IMG/VR virus record: IMGVR_UViG_3300037756_000051
Location: 1 to 52,149 of that record
DNA: 52,149 bases
Direction: 5' to 3' (one strand)
From: a virus
Taxonomy: Duplodnaviria; Caudoviricetes
Positions within the stretch are counted from its first letter, which is position 1; each line of letters starts with the position of its first letter. The notes beneath the pieces were generated by a model. It was not told the DNA's origin and did no database searches. It saw only the letters and a list, made by a program, of their open reading frames with translations. Made by a program: the position numbers and the translations under genes. This document shows positions 8,075 through 15,557 of the stretch, in pieces.

Positions 8075-8770
8075 TTGAATGCGCCGGAACTCGTTGATCC
8101 GCAATGCATGGCGGGGAGAGGCATTAGCATGGCCCGGACAATTCGCCGGATAGGCTGGGATGCAGAGTCGAGGTCAAGAAATATTTGCGGCCCGCGATAA
8201 CCTCGGCAGGGCATCAATTCAAGGTTTCTCCTCGCCGTTGGTAGGAGAGAGCCTAGTCGGGAGATTTGGTCAGCGCCTGCTGGTCTGCTCCCGGCTCACC
8301 ATTTCAGTTTTTCACAGTTGCCCGTGTGGAGTAGCCTATCCGGATAGTAGGCTGATGATTTAGGACTCCACATGGTTTCAAGGCGTCCGGGCGCAACTGT
8401 GGAAGAGTTTAGATCAGGGCAGCGCATTGCAGAAGGGAAAGCCCGCCCCCTGCATACTCAGGTGGGCGTCGGTATTAATCCGAACCAAACCCGAAAGGGC
8501 TGGCTGGGGCCTGATCTATTACGCAACTGTGGAAGAGTTTCTGGCGGCGGCGAAAGTCGGGAGTGGGCCGAAAGTCCGACAGGTTGGCGTTTCGGCACAC
8601 TCCGCACCTGTCCCGCCAGAATTCAGCGGTTCACACCGGGCGTAGAAGGATTGGCGAAAGCCGGTCGCCCCGCTCCAGTTTTTGGGGTCAACCCCAATAA
8701 CCTTCTCGGGGTCGGGAACCTAGCGCCAGCCAGAAGCCGGTTCCACTCGCACTGGACCGGCTTCTGGCAA
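8075..8770 (+). ncRNA. array of about 8 self-contained structured RNA units
   Basis: Consecutive domains each closed by a stem, GAAA tetraloops on +, potential pseudoknots, 19-nt repeat at 8392-8410 and 8522-8540. Confidence 0.6.
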
Positions 8771-8830
8771 TTAACCGAGGGATATGAAATGCGCGGTCCT
8801 GTATTTCCGGAATAGCTATGAAGGGCGGCC

Positions 8831-9001
8831 TCAATCAATTTTCATCAGTCGCAATCCTTCGTCGGACAGCCCTTGATTGATAAGCTCAGCCTGAGCCAAG
8901 ATGGTAGCATCCCGGAGCGACGTGGCTCGGACCTGAAACGCGAGGCGCTTCATACCTTCCGAGCTGCCTTGGATGAAAACGGCGTAGGTGTAGTCTCTCA
9001 T
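8831..9001 (-). CDS. hypothetical protein (56 aa, MRDYTYAVFIQG...)
   Basis: AGGAGG RBS on the minus strand; below the ORF-track cutoff. Confidence 0.6.
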   Translation of the reverse strand: MRDYTYAVFIQGSSEGMKRLAFQVRATSLRDATILAQAELINQGLSDEGLRLMKID

Positions 9002-9064
9002 TTCCTATCCTCCTGATTACGAAAGCCTTCAGGGAACGACCAGTAAAGGCCGTCCCGAGAGGGG

Positions 9065-9259
9065 TTAGAAGTCTCTGCATTCAGACACGTCGCGGATGCT
9101 CTCTGCGTTCGTCCAAACGTAGGCGCTGCGCTCGCAAGTGCCGGGAATATCTTGGTCATAGCCAAGCATTTCGCGGAATTCCTTCCAAGCTTCGTGAGCA
9201 GCGTCGAGTTCAGTTTCGTGCTGAAGTTCACCGTTGGCTTTGTCGTAGATGCGGATCAT
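9065..9259 (-). CDS. hypothetical protein
   Basis: GGAGG RBS 8 nt upstream of ATG 9259; downstream of a strong minus-strand promoter. Confidence 0.6.
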   Translation of the reverse strand: MIRIYDKANGELQHETELDAAHEAWKEFREMLGYDQDIPGTCERSAYVWTNAESIRDVSECRDF

Positions 9260-9388
9260 CGTCATTTCCTCCAAGGTTGAAATCGCCTTGAAGAGAGATC
9301 GTATCGCCGCCCGTTTTTGCTGAGTAGCACCTGAGACCGTTTGTTAGACTAGCTCATCCCAGGTCGGGTTATCGTGGCTGATAACTCT

Positions 9389-9459
9389 AATATAGGCGCT
9401 GTGTATTTACTTGTCAATACAAATATTGGGTTGACATTGTATTTATTTGTTTGTACGTG
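9389..9459. promoter_or_regulatory. divergent sigma70 promoters
   Basis: Minus strand TTGACA (9417-9412)-17 nt-TATATT (9394-9389); plus strand TTGACA 9431-9436 with a weak -10, probably giving a leaderless mRNA for ATG 9468. Confidence 0.65.
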
Positions 9460-9467
9460 TCATTACC

Positions 9468-9614
9468 ATGGATACGACAATCACAATCCGCGTCGATAAG
9501 GCATGGCTTGCCAAGATCGACAAGTGGCGCGAAAAGCAGCCAGTACCTCCGGGCCGGTCTGAACTTATCCGGCTTGCCGTCGAGCGTTTCATTTCGAAGG
9601 AGCGCGCGAAATGA
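9468..9614 (+). CDS. ribbon-helix-helix (CopG/Arc-like) regulator
   Basis: MDTTITIRVDKAWLAKIDKWREKQPVPPGRSELIRLAVERF: alternating beta strand plus (S/G)RSE.IR helix. Confidence 0.8.
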   Translation: MDTTITIRVDKAWLAKIDKWREKQPVPPGRSELIRLAVERFISKERAK

Positions 9615-10078
9615 GTCCAAGGAAGTACCCAGAGGGCGCGCATGTGTATGTGTTTGGCGCATCTGAGCCGCCCTACAAAATTGGGTACACGAAAAGTCTC
9701 GCGAGCCGGATAGCGCAACTGCGCAGGGGGAAAAGCAAGAATTCTCCTGGTGGAGCATGGAGCGGCGAATATAAGATTCTGCGCCTTTGCCCACCTGAGA
9801 TATTACCGAAAGATTTAGAGCGGCATCTGCACAGTTGCTATCATCCGTACCGCTGCAACGGAACGAGACTTTTCAGGGCGAGAGACGGTTTAGAGATCCA
9901 TAACTGGTCATTAAACGAATGGTTCGATCTGCCGCTCGAAGCACTTGAAGCCACTATAGATTTTGTGATTGAGCATTTCGGTGACGGATACTCCGCCAAT
10001 TTCTGGACTGGACAGAAGGTGTCATCCCTGTTGTTTTCGTATCACGTTGCGTCGTGCGCATATGATTATGCTGCCTGA
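9611..10078 (+). CDS. GIY-YIG / T5orf172-like nuclease-domain protein
   Basis: VYVF...YKIGYT...R..QL...LERHLH...EWF pattern. Confidence 0.75.
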   Translation: MSPRKYPEGAHVYVFGASEPPYKIGYTKSLASRIAQLRRGKSKNSPGGAWSGEYKILRLCPPEILPKDLERHLHSCYHPYRCNGTRLFRARDGLEIHNWSLNEWFDLPLEALEATIDFVIEHFGDGYSANFWTGQKVSSLLFSYHVASCAYDYAA

Positions 10079-10100
10079 TCCACCGGGCAAGGTGCAGTAG

Positions 10101-10358
10101 ATGAGCGACTGGCAGCCAATCGAAACGCTCCCGCGCAGCGTCATGGAAATTCCCCGTGACGGCATCCTCTTGTGGGGACCAAGCGAAGGGAAGCATTACC
10201 TGGATCGCTTCAAAGCCAATTCCGATTGGTGGCGTCACGCGCTACAGATTGACCCGGAAGAGATGATCTATCCGGTGTTTACGCATTGGATGCCGTTGCC
10301 TGACCCGCCCGCGCCAAGCTCAAGGAGCTTAACCGATGAGCGACCGTCCAGCATTTGA
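10101..10358 (+). CDS. DUF551-like protein
   Basis: MSDWQPIET...THWMPLPDPP. Confidence 0.75.
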   Translation: MSDWQPIETLPRSVMEIPRDGILLWGPSEGKHYLDRFKANSDWWRHALQIDPEEMIYPVFTHWMPLPDPPAPSSRSLTDERPSSI

Positions 10359-10503
10359 AGAGCTAAAAGCTACAGCACTTGATGCGATGAAGCAGTTAGA
10401 CGACGAAGACCGCTTGGAGATCATGGGTCAGTTCTGCAAGTTTTGCGGAAGCGACAACCCTAACTGCCAATGTTGGAACGAAGAAATGGTTCGGCGAAAA
10501 TGA
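10336..10503 (+). CDS. hypothetical Cys-rich protein (55 aa) coupled to TnpB
   Basis: AAGGAG RBS; FCKFCGSDNPNCQCWNE; its stop TGA overlaps ATG 10500. Confidence 0.6.
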   Translation: MSDRPAFEELKATALDAMKQLDDEDRLEIMGQFCKFCGSDNPNCQCWNEEMVRRK

Positions 10504-11918
10504 CGAGTTTCAGCCCAACTTCAAGCGAAAAGGTCTTCTATCCATACTGGAACGCGCAATGCGCGGAGAACGCCTCACGGTTGTTGTCTCATGCCGGAAC
10601 CGACTGGCTCGCTTCGGCTTCGACCTCATTGAATGGGCGATCAAGCGCACAGGTGGGCAGGTCGTGGTGCTCAATAAAATCGATACCAGCCCCTCAGCCG
10701 AACTCGTCGCTGACCTCATGGCTATCATCACAGTTTTCTCTTTCCGGCTGCACGGCCTCCGCAGCTACAGGCGTGCGCTCAAGAGCGATCTTGCTGAGGC
10801 CGACGCGGCAACAGATCCGGATTTTGCGCAGCTGGGCGGGTAGCTATCGGCGCGCCTATAATCTGACCGTGGACTTGCTTGAAAGGGCCTATTTGGAGAA
10901 AGGCAAGTCCGGCAGCTACATGCGGGACCGTAAGGTCTGGACAGCGGCTATTCGCGAGCAAATGCCGTGGTTCAAGGAGATTCCGGCCCACACCATTTAT
11001 GGTGCGATGCGCGACGCGGAGATAGATTACAAGAACACCGTTGCCAAGCGGGCAAAGGGCGAAGCTTGCAATTTGCCGCGCTGCAGGGCCAAATTCCAGC
11101 GCTCGTTTTTCGTCCTTGGGAACGCCATTACGCCGCGAGGTATCTATCCGACGAAGCTCGGACCGATCCGTTCGCGCGAGGCGATGCCTGAGAAACCAAA
11201 GGATTCCCGCATCGTTTTCGAAGCGGGGAAGTGGTGGGTGCGCATCCCTGAGGAAGTTCAGACATCGATTGCCGAGAACCAAGGCCGTGTCTGCGCGATC
11301 GATCCAGGTGTGCGTACCTTCGCCACTATTTTTGCGCCTGAACTCATCGCCAAAGTGCAGTTCGGCGGATTCGCGCGCATCGTAAGACTAGCGTATTGTC
11401 TTGACGATTTAATTTCACGTCGTGCCAAGACGAAGAATGGCGCCCGGAGGAGGCGCATGCAGGTGGCGATCCAGCGGGCTCGCCTGCGTATCCGCCATCT
11501 TGTTCAGGATCTCCATTATCAGACGATCGGATGGCTGTTTCGTCGGTTCGGCACGGTTATCGTGCCGAACAGCGATTTCACTTCCGCTGTCTGCCGTGCC
11601 ACGCGCAAGATCAGGAACAAGACCGTCAGGTCTCTGCTGAACTTCGCGTTTGCGCGTTTCCGGGATCGCCTCAAGCATAAGGCGGAACTTTACGGCAAGA
11701 GCGTTGTCACCGTTTGCGAGTCGTACACCTCAAAGACGAACAACATCACCGGAGAGATTTCTGCAAACCTCGGCGGCCGGAAGTACATCTGGCATCAAGG
11801 CAAGAAGATCGATCGCGATATAAACGGCGCTTTGGGGATTTTCCTCAAGGCTTTGTTGGATAGACCATCGGCAGAACCGCCGGTGCAACGTCAATCAGCG
11901 CTTGTTAGCGCCTGTTAA
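10500..11918 (+). CDS. tnpB: IS607-family TnpB of pro-Fanzor type (RNA-guided RuvC nuclease)
   Basis: AIDPGVRTF (RuvC-I), Pro at the canonical RuvC-II Glu position (VIVPN), relocated Glu in CESYTSKT, IDRDINGA (RuvC-III); no CxxC zinc finger. Confidence 0.85.
   Translation: MTSFSPTSSEKVFYPYWNAQCAENASRLLSHAGTDWLASASTSLNGRSSAQVGRSWCSIKSIPAPQPNSSLTSWLSSQFSLSGCTASAATGVRSRAILLRPTRQQIRILRSWAGSYRRAYNLTVDLLERAYLEKGKSGSYMRDRKVWTAAIREQMPWFKEIPAHTIYGAMRDAEIDYKNTVAKRAKGEACNLPRCRAKFQRSFFVLGNAITPRGIYPTKLGPIRSREAMPEKPKDSRIVFEAGKWWVRIPEEVQTSIAENQGRVCAIDPGVRTFATIFAPELIAKVQFGGFARIVRLAYCLDDLISRRAKTKNGARRRRMQVAIQRARLRIRHLVQDLHYQTIGWLFRRFGTVIVPNSDFTSAVCRATRKIRNKTVRSLLNFAFARFRDRLKHKAELYGKSVVTVCESYTSKTNNITGEISANLGGRKYIWHQGKKIDRDINGALGIFLKALLDRPSAEPPVQRQSALVSAC
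10517..10843 (+). pseudogene. tnpA: IS607 serine-recombinase TnpA remnant (C-terminal half only)
   Basis: NFKRKGLLSILER...VVV..RNRLARFGFDLI...ELVADLMAII.VFS.RLHGLRSY; lacks the N-terminal HTH and catalytic YARVS; DRL changed to NRL. Confidence 0.85.
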
Positions 11919-11934
11919 CGGAGAACTACTCTGG
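11850..11934 (+). ncRNA. probable omega/reRNA scaffold and IS607 right end
   Basis: GTTAGCGCCTGTTAAC hairpin overlapping the tnpB stop, ending in GG at 11933-11934 (IS607 ends use GG). Boundary inferred. Confidence 0.45.
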
Positions 11935-11954
11935 CATCATCCATCAACCCGTTC

Positions 11955-12251
11955 ATGACGGCACCGTTTACGCCTGTCGGCACGGTAAGTCGTTCCGTGA
12001 ATACAGGATCGCAAAGGGTTGCGCTCAGTCGCGCGCATGATCAGACCTGCATCATCACAGCGCCAACAGGCAATAGCGGGCCTGTCTTCATCAAGTTCGG
12101 TGACAGCACGGTAGAGGCTGCAGCCACGGATTTCCCGATCCTGCCTGGCACGATCCAGACCTTCCACGTGCTTGAGCAATGGACGCATGTTGCTGCCATC
12201 ATGGCAAGCGGCACAGGCACCATCTACGCCAGCGTCGGGGACGGCGTCTGA
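11955..12251 (+). CDS. putative virion decoration / fibre-base protein (paralog 1)
   Basis: F.P...SQRVAL...FGD.TV...THVA motif shared with 23942 and the N-terminus of 46877. Confidence 0.55.
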   Translation: MTAPFTPVGTVSRSVNTGSQRVALSRAHDQTCIITAPTGNSGPVFIKFGDSTVEAAATDFPILPGTIQTFHVLEQWTHVAAIMASGTGTIYASVGDGV

Positions 12252-12724
12252 TGGCACTACGCGCAGTCAGCATACCCTCACAGGCCAGTGATGTCACGGC
12301 TTCTGCGGTCGTAGGCGATAATGAACTTCTCCGTGGTGACGGAGGCGCAAGAGGCGTTCAGGGCAGCGGCAAGACTCTTTCCGACGAAGCCACGGTCAAC
12401 ACGACTGACGCCACCGTAACCACGCTGGCAACTATAACCGTTCCCACGGATGACCGTATTCTCGTTACAGCGCATGTCAAGGCAACACGCACGGGCGGCG
12501 TAGCGGGCACTGCAGGCGACGCGGCAGGCTACATCATCCACGCCATGCTGCAGAACCTTGCCGGCACCGCTGAGATCATCGCCACGCAAGTCGCAGCTCT
12601 GACGGCAGAAGACGTAAGCGCCTATGCCTGCGTAATCGACGTGACGGGTGCGACCGCACGCATTCGCGTTACAGGCGTTGCTGACACCAATATCACGTGG
12701 GTCGCCGTTTACGAGACATATTAG
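12251..12724 (+). CDS. putative fibre / structural protein
   Basis: DN.L.R.DG...GVQGSG segment resembling the fibre at 46877; Thr/Ala/Val-rich beta C-terminus. Confidence 0.5.
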   Translation: MALRAVSIPSQASDVTASAVVGDNELLRGDGGARGVQGSGKTLSDEATVNTTDATVTTLATITVPTDDRILVTAHVKATRTGGVAGTAGDAAGYIIHAMLQNLAGTAEIIATQVAALTAEDVSAYACVIDVTGATARIRVTGVADTNITWVAVYETY

Positions 12725-12728
12725 GCAA

Positions 12729-13010
12729 ATGATCTTGCGTGATCATCACTGGCCATCAAACAAGCAGCACAGCTTCATCGAAGGACGTTGCACTGGTTGC
12801 GGCACGGTACCACGTGATGACGGCAGGTTCTACCCATGCGGCAGTCACCCGATGACTTTCAACACCCCGCAAGGCCAGATCACTGGCGGCATTACCGAGG
12901 ATGGAGGCTTTGCTGTTCTCGAATGGCCAGACACCCTCACCGAGGCGACAGCTCAATCTGCGCTTGATGAGTTCATGGCCGAACATATCGACGAGATCAA
13001 CGAAATATAA
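12729..13010 (+). CDS. hypothetical protein
   Basis: ORF from ATG 12729. Confidence 0.45.
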   Translation: MILRDHHWPSNKQHSFIEGRCTGCGTVPRDDGRFYPCGSHPMTFNTPQGQITGGITEDGGFAVLEWPDTLTEATAQSALDEFMAEHIDEINEI

Positions 13011-13036
13011 GCCCAAGACAAAGGCGGCGAGCCATC

Positions 13037-13294
13037 ATGGGTAAGCTGGACGAGATCCGAGCGCTACGCGAGCGCAATTATGAAGAAAGACAGGCGGCCC
13101 GCAAGCCTGTCACCAAGAAGGTGAAGCTGGCTAAGGTCAGGAATGCGGCAAAGTCTCATGTTACAGATAAACGCGTTACGGATAAAATCTGCGCTATATG
13201 CAGCGAGCCGTTCACCGCGAAACGCGCCGACGCAATGATCTGTTCAGCGGCTTGCCGCATGCGCAAGAAACGCACCGCTCTATTGAGCGATTAA
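13037..13294 (+). CDS. hypothetical zinc-finger protein
   Basis: CAIC..PF...R.DA..CS..CR. Confidence 0.55.
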   Translation: MGKLDEIRALRERNYEERQAARKPVTKKVKLAKVRNAAKSHVTDKRVTDKICAICSEPFTAKRADAMICSAACRMRKKRTALLSD

Positions 13295-13323
13295 AACCAA
13301 ACCCAATCACACAGGCAAAAACC

Positions 13324-13947
13324 ATGAACCGCAAGCCGAGCACCGCCAAAAAGGCGGACTCCACGGCTGCGAAGCGTAAGACAGCTCGCAAGCCGAAAGC
13401 AAAGACAAAGGCAGCGAGAAAGAAAGTTGTTCTGGCCACCGCAGAAGGTATTGAGCCGGAGACGGTAAGCGAACCGGTAGGCAGGCCGACCGATTACAGG
13501 CCAGAATATATCGACGATGCGCGCGAGATGGCGGAAGCCGGTTTCACCGATCAGCAAATGATGGATTTCTTCGGCTGCTCGAAACCGACGTTTTATAGAT
13601 GGCAGAAGCGCTTTCCTGAATTTCGTAACGCCATAAAGGTGGCCAAGGAAGGCCCCGATGACGAAATGGAGCGCTCGCTCTTTCATCGTGGCAAGGGTTA
13701 CGAGTGGACAGAGCAGCAGGCTTTCAAACTCAAAGAAGTTTCTTGGGAAGACGGCAATAAGGTTGAGCGCGAGCGCGTGGAAGTGGTTGACGTTCGCCGC
13801 GTTGTGCCGCCTGACAGCACCGCCGCAATCTTCTGGCTGAAGAACCGCCGCGGATGGAAAGACAAGAGCGAGGTTGACCACGGCATCACGGATGCCCTGG
13901 CTGCCCTCTTAGGTCAGATCGATGGCGACGGCGCAAGCATCGTCTGA
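13324..13947 (+). CDS. terminase small subunit
   Basis: GRPTDYRPEY, HTH, PPDSTAAIFWLKNR..WKDK; directly upstream of TerL; Lys/Ala-rich N-terminus. Confidence 0.85.
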   Translation: MNRKPSTAKKADSTAAKRKTARKPKAKTKAARKKVVLATAEGIEPETVSEPVGRPTDYRPEYIDDAREMAEAGFTDQQMMDFFGCSKPTFYRWQKRFPEFRNAIKVAKEGPDDEMERSLFHRGKGYEWTEQQAFKLKEVSWEDGNKVERERVEVVDVRRVVPPDSTAAIFWLKNRRGWKDKSEVDHGITDALAALLGQIDGDGASIV

Positions 13948-15517
13948 GGCGATCGAGCAGCTTAAGCGCAATCTCGCAGACCGCAATTGGCGCTTATGCA
14001 ATCTCTACTGGATCACCGATCGCGATGGCAAACGGGTCAGATTCTCTCCAAACTGGATGCAACAGCGTCTCATGGAGGACTGGCATTATCGCAACATCAT
14101 CCTGAAGTCGCGGCAGACCGGGTGCACGACCTTCATCCAATTGCTGTTTCTGGATTTGGTTCTGTTCAATTCCAACATGCGTTGCGGCACCATTGCGCAG
14201 GACAGGGACACGGCCAAGGCGATCTTCGCCGACAAGATCAAGTATCCCTTCGAGAACCTGCCGGAGGCTCTGCAATCGGTCAGGCCGCCGGAGAACGACA
14301 ACCTTTTCGAGCTGAAGCTCAACAACAACTCGTCTATCCGCGTCGGCACATCGATGCGCGGCGGCACGCTGCAATATCTGCACGTGAGCGAATTCGGCAA
14401 GGTCTGCGCCAGGTTTCCCGAAAAAGCGCGCGAGATTGTCACTGGCGCGCTTAACACGGTCAAGGCCGGCCAGTTCGTGTTCATCGAAAGCACGGCGGAA
14501 GGGCAGGACGGACATTTCTACAAGATGACGGAGAAGGCTCGGGCGCATCAGCGCATGGGGTCTGAGCTTTCTGTCATCGATTACAAGTTCCATTTTTTCG
14601 GATGGTTCGAAGACCCGAATTGCTGGATTGAGCCGACCGGAATTCCGATCACGGCGGAAGCGCAGAAGTATTTTGACCATCTCGAAAACGAGCATGGCAT
14701 CACGCTGGATGCCGGTCAAAAGGCCTGGTGGACCGTCACCAAGGAAACGCAGGATGACGATATGAGCCGGGAATATCCGGCTCACCCTGACGAGGCGTTT
14801 GCGGCGGCAGTTGACGGCTCATATTATGGTCGGCACATGGCTGCGGTCGAGAAGCGCGGCGGCGTTGGCAAGTTTGAAGCAGAACCTGGCTGGTCGGTCC
14901 AGACATTCCACGACATCGGCGTTCACGACTATCATTCGATCTGGTTTGCCCAGTTCTTGCCGGGCGAGATCCGGCATCTGCACTATTACCAGAACTGTGG
15001 CGAAGGCATGCCGCATTATGCCGAGTACTGCGAAGAGCAATATGACAAGCACGGCTGGCTTCGGAATGACGACAGCTTCGACTGGCTCCCGCATGACGGC
15101 AAGGTCAAGGAATGGGGCACCGGCAAGACGCGAACGGAGCAGGCCATTGAGAAGAACATGCGGCCGCGCATTCCGACCGCGCTTAGCCTTGCTGACGGTC
15201 GCAACGCTGTCCGCGCAATCCTGAAATTCTCGACATTCGATCAGGAAGGCTGTGCTGAAGGCATCGCGCATCTGAAGAACTACAAGAAAAAATGGAATCC
15301 GACAACTGGCGCTTGGATGAACGAACATCTCCACAGCGAAGCCTCACATGGAGCCGACGCGGAGAGAACGCTGGCTTGCGCACACCGTGAGGTTTTCGCT
15401 CCGGTTGTCGATCCCGAAGAAGAAGAGCGTCAGAAGAACATCAAGGCCCAGCAGGCCCGCGTTCGCGAAGCCCAGAAATCACGCGGCCACCGCCGCGGCA
15501 CAAGGCGAGCAGCATAA
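13922..15517 (+). CDS. terminase large subunit
   Basis: ILKSRQTGCTT Walker A, LHVSEFGK Walker B, IESTAEG, DIG..D nuclease, SHGADA.R. Confidence 0.95.
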   Translation: MATAQASSEAIEQLKRNLADRNWRLCNLYWITDRDGKRVRFSPNWMQQRLMEDWHYRNIILKSRQTGCTTFIQLLFLDLVLFNSNMRCGTIAQDRDTAKAIFADKIKYPFENLPEALQSVRPPENDNLFELKLNNNSSIRVGTSMRGGTLQYLHVSEFGKVCARFPEKAREIVTGALNTVKAGQFVFIESTAEGQDGHFYKMTEKARAHQRMGSELSVIDYKFHFFGWFEDPNCWIEPTGIPITAEAQKYFDHLENEHGITLDAGQKAWWTVTKETQDDDMSREYPAHPDEAFAAAVDGSYYGRHMAAVEKRGGVGKFEAEPGWSVQTFHDIGVHDYHSIWFAQFLPGEIRHLHYYQNCGEGMPHYAEYCEEQYDKHGWLRNDDSFDWLPHDGKVKEWGTGKTRTEQAIEKNMRPRIPTALSLADGRNAVRAILKFSTFDQEGCAEGIAHLKNYKKKWNPTTGAWMNEHLHSEASHGADAERTLACAHREVFAPVVDPEEEERQKNIKAQQARVREAQKSRGHRRGTRRAA

Positions 15518-15557
15518 TGGCATTAGACTTCAACACAGCGGCCCCGGATTTGCCAGC

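Noticed and set aside
8352-8380. Hammerhead ribozyme (CTGATGA core)
   Set aside because: No stem II followed by GAAA in the required position.
8392-8540. CRISPR array from the 19-nt direct repeat
   Set aside because: Only two copies, separated by a 111-nt structured unit; no cas genes.
8372-8815. 147-aa ORF across the RNA array
   Set aside because: No recognisable motif, Gly/Arg/Pro-rich composition; base-pairing explains the region better.
15348-15557. N-terminal extension of the portal in the ORF track
   Set aside because: Overlaps the TerL 3' end; ATG 15558 is more plausible.
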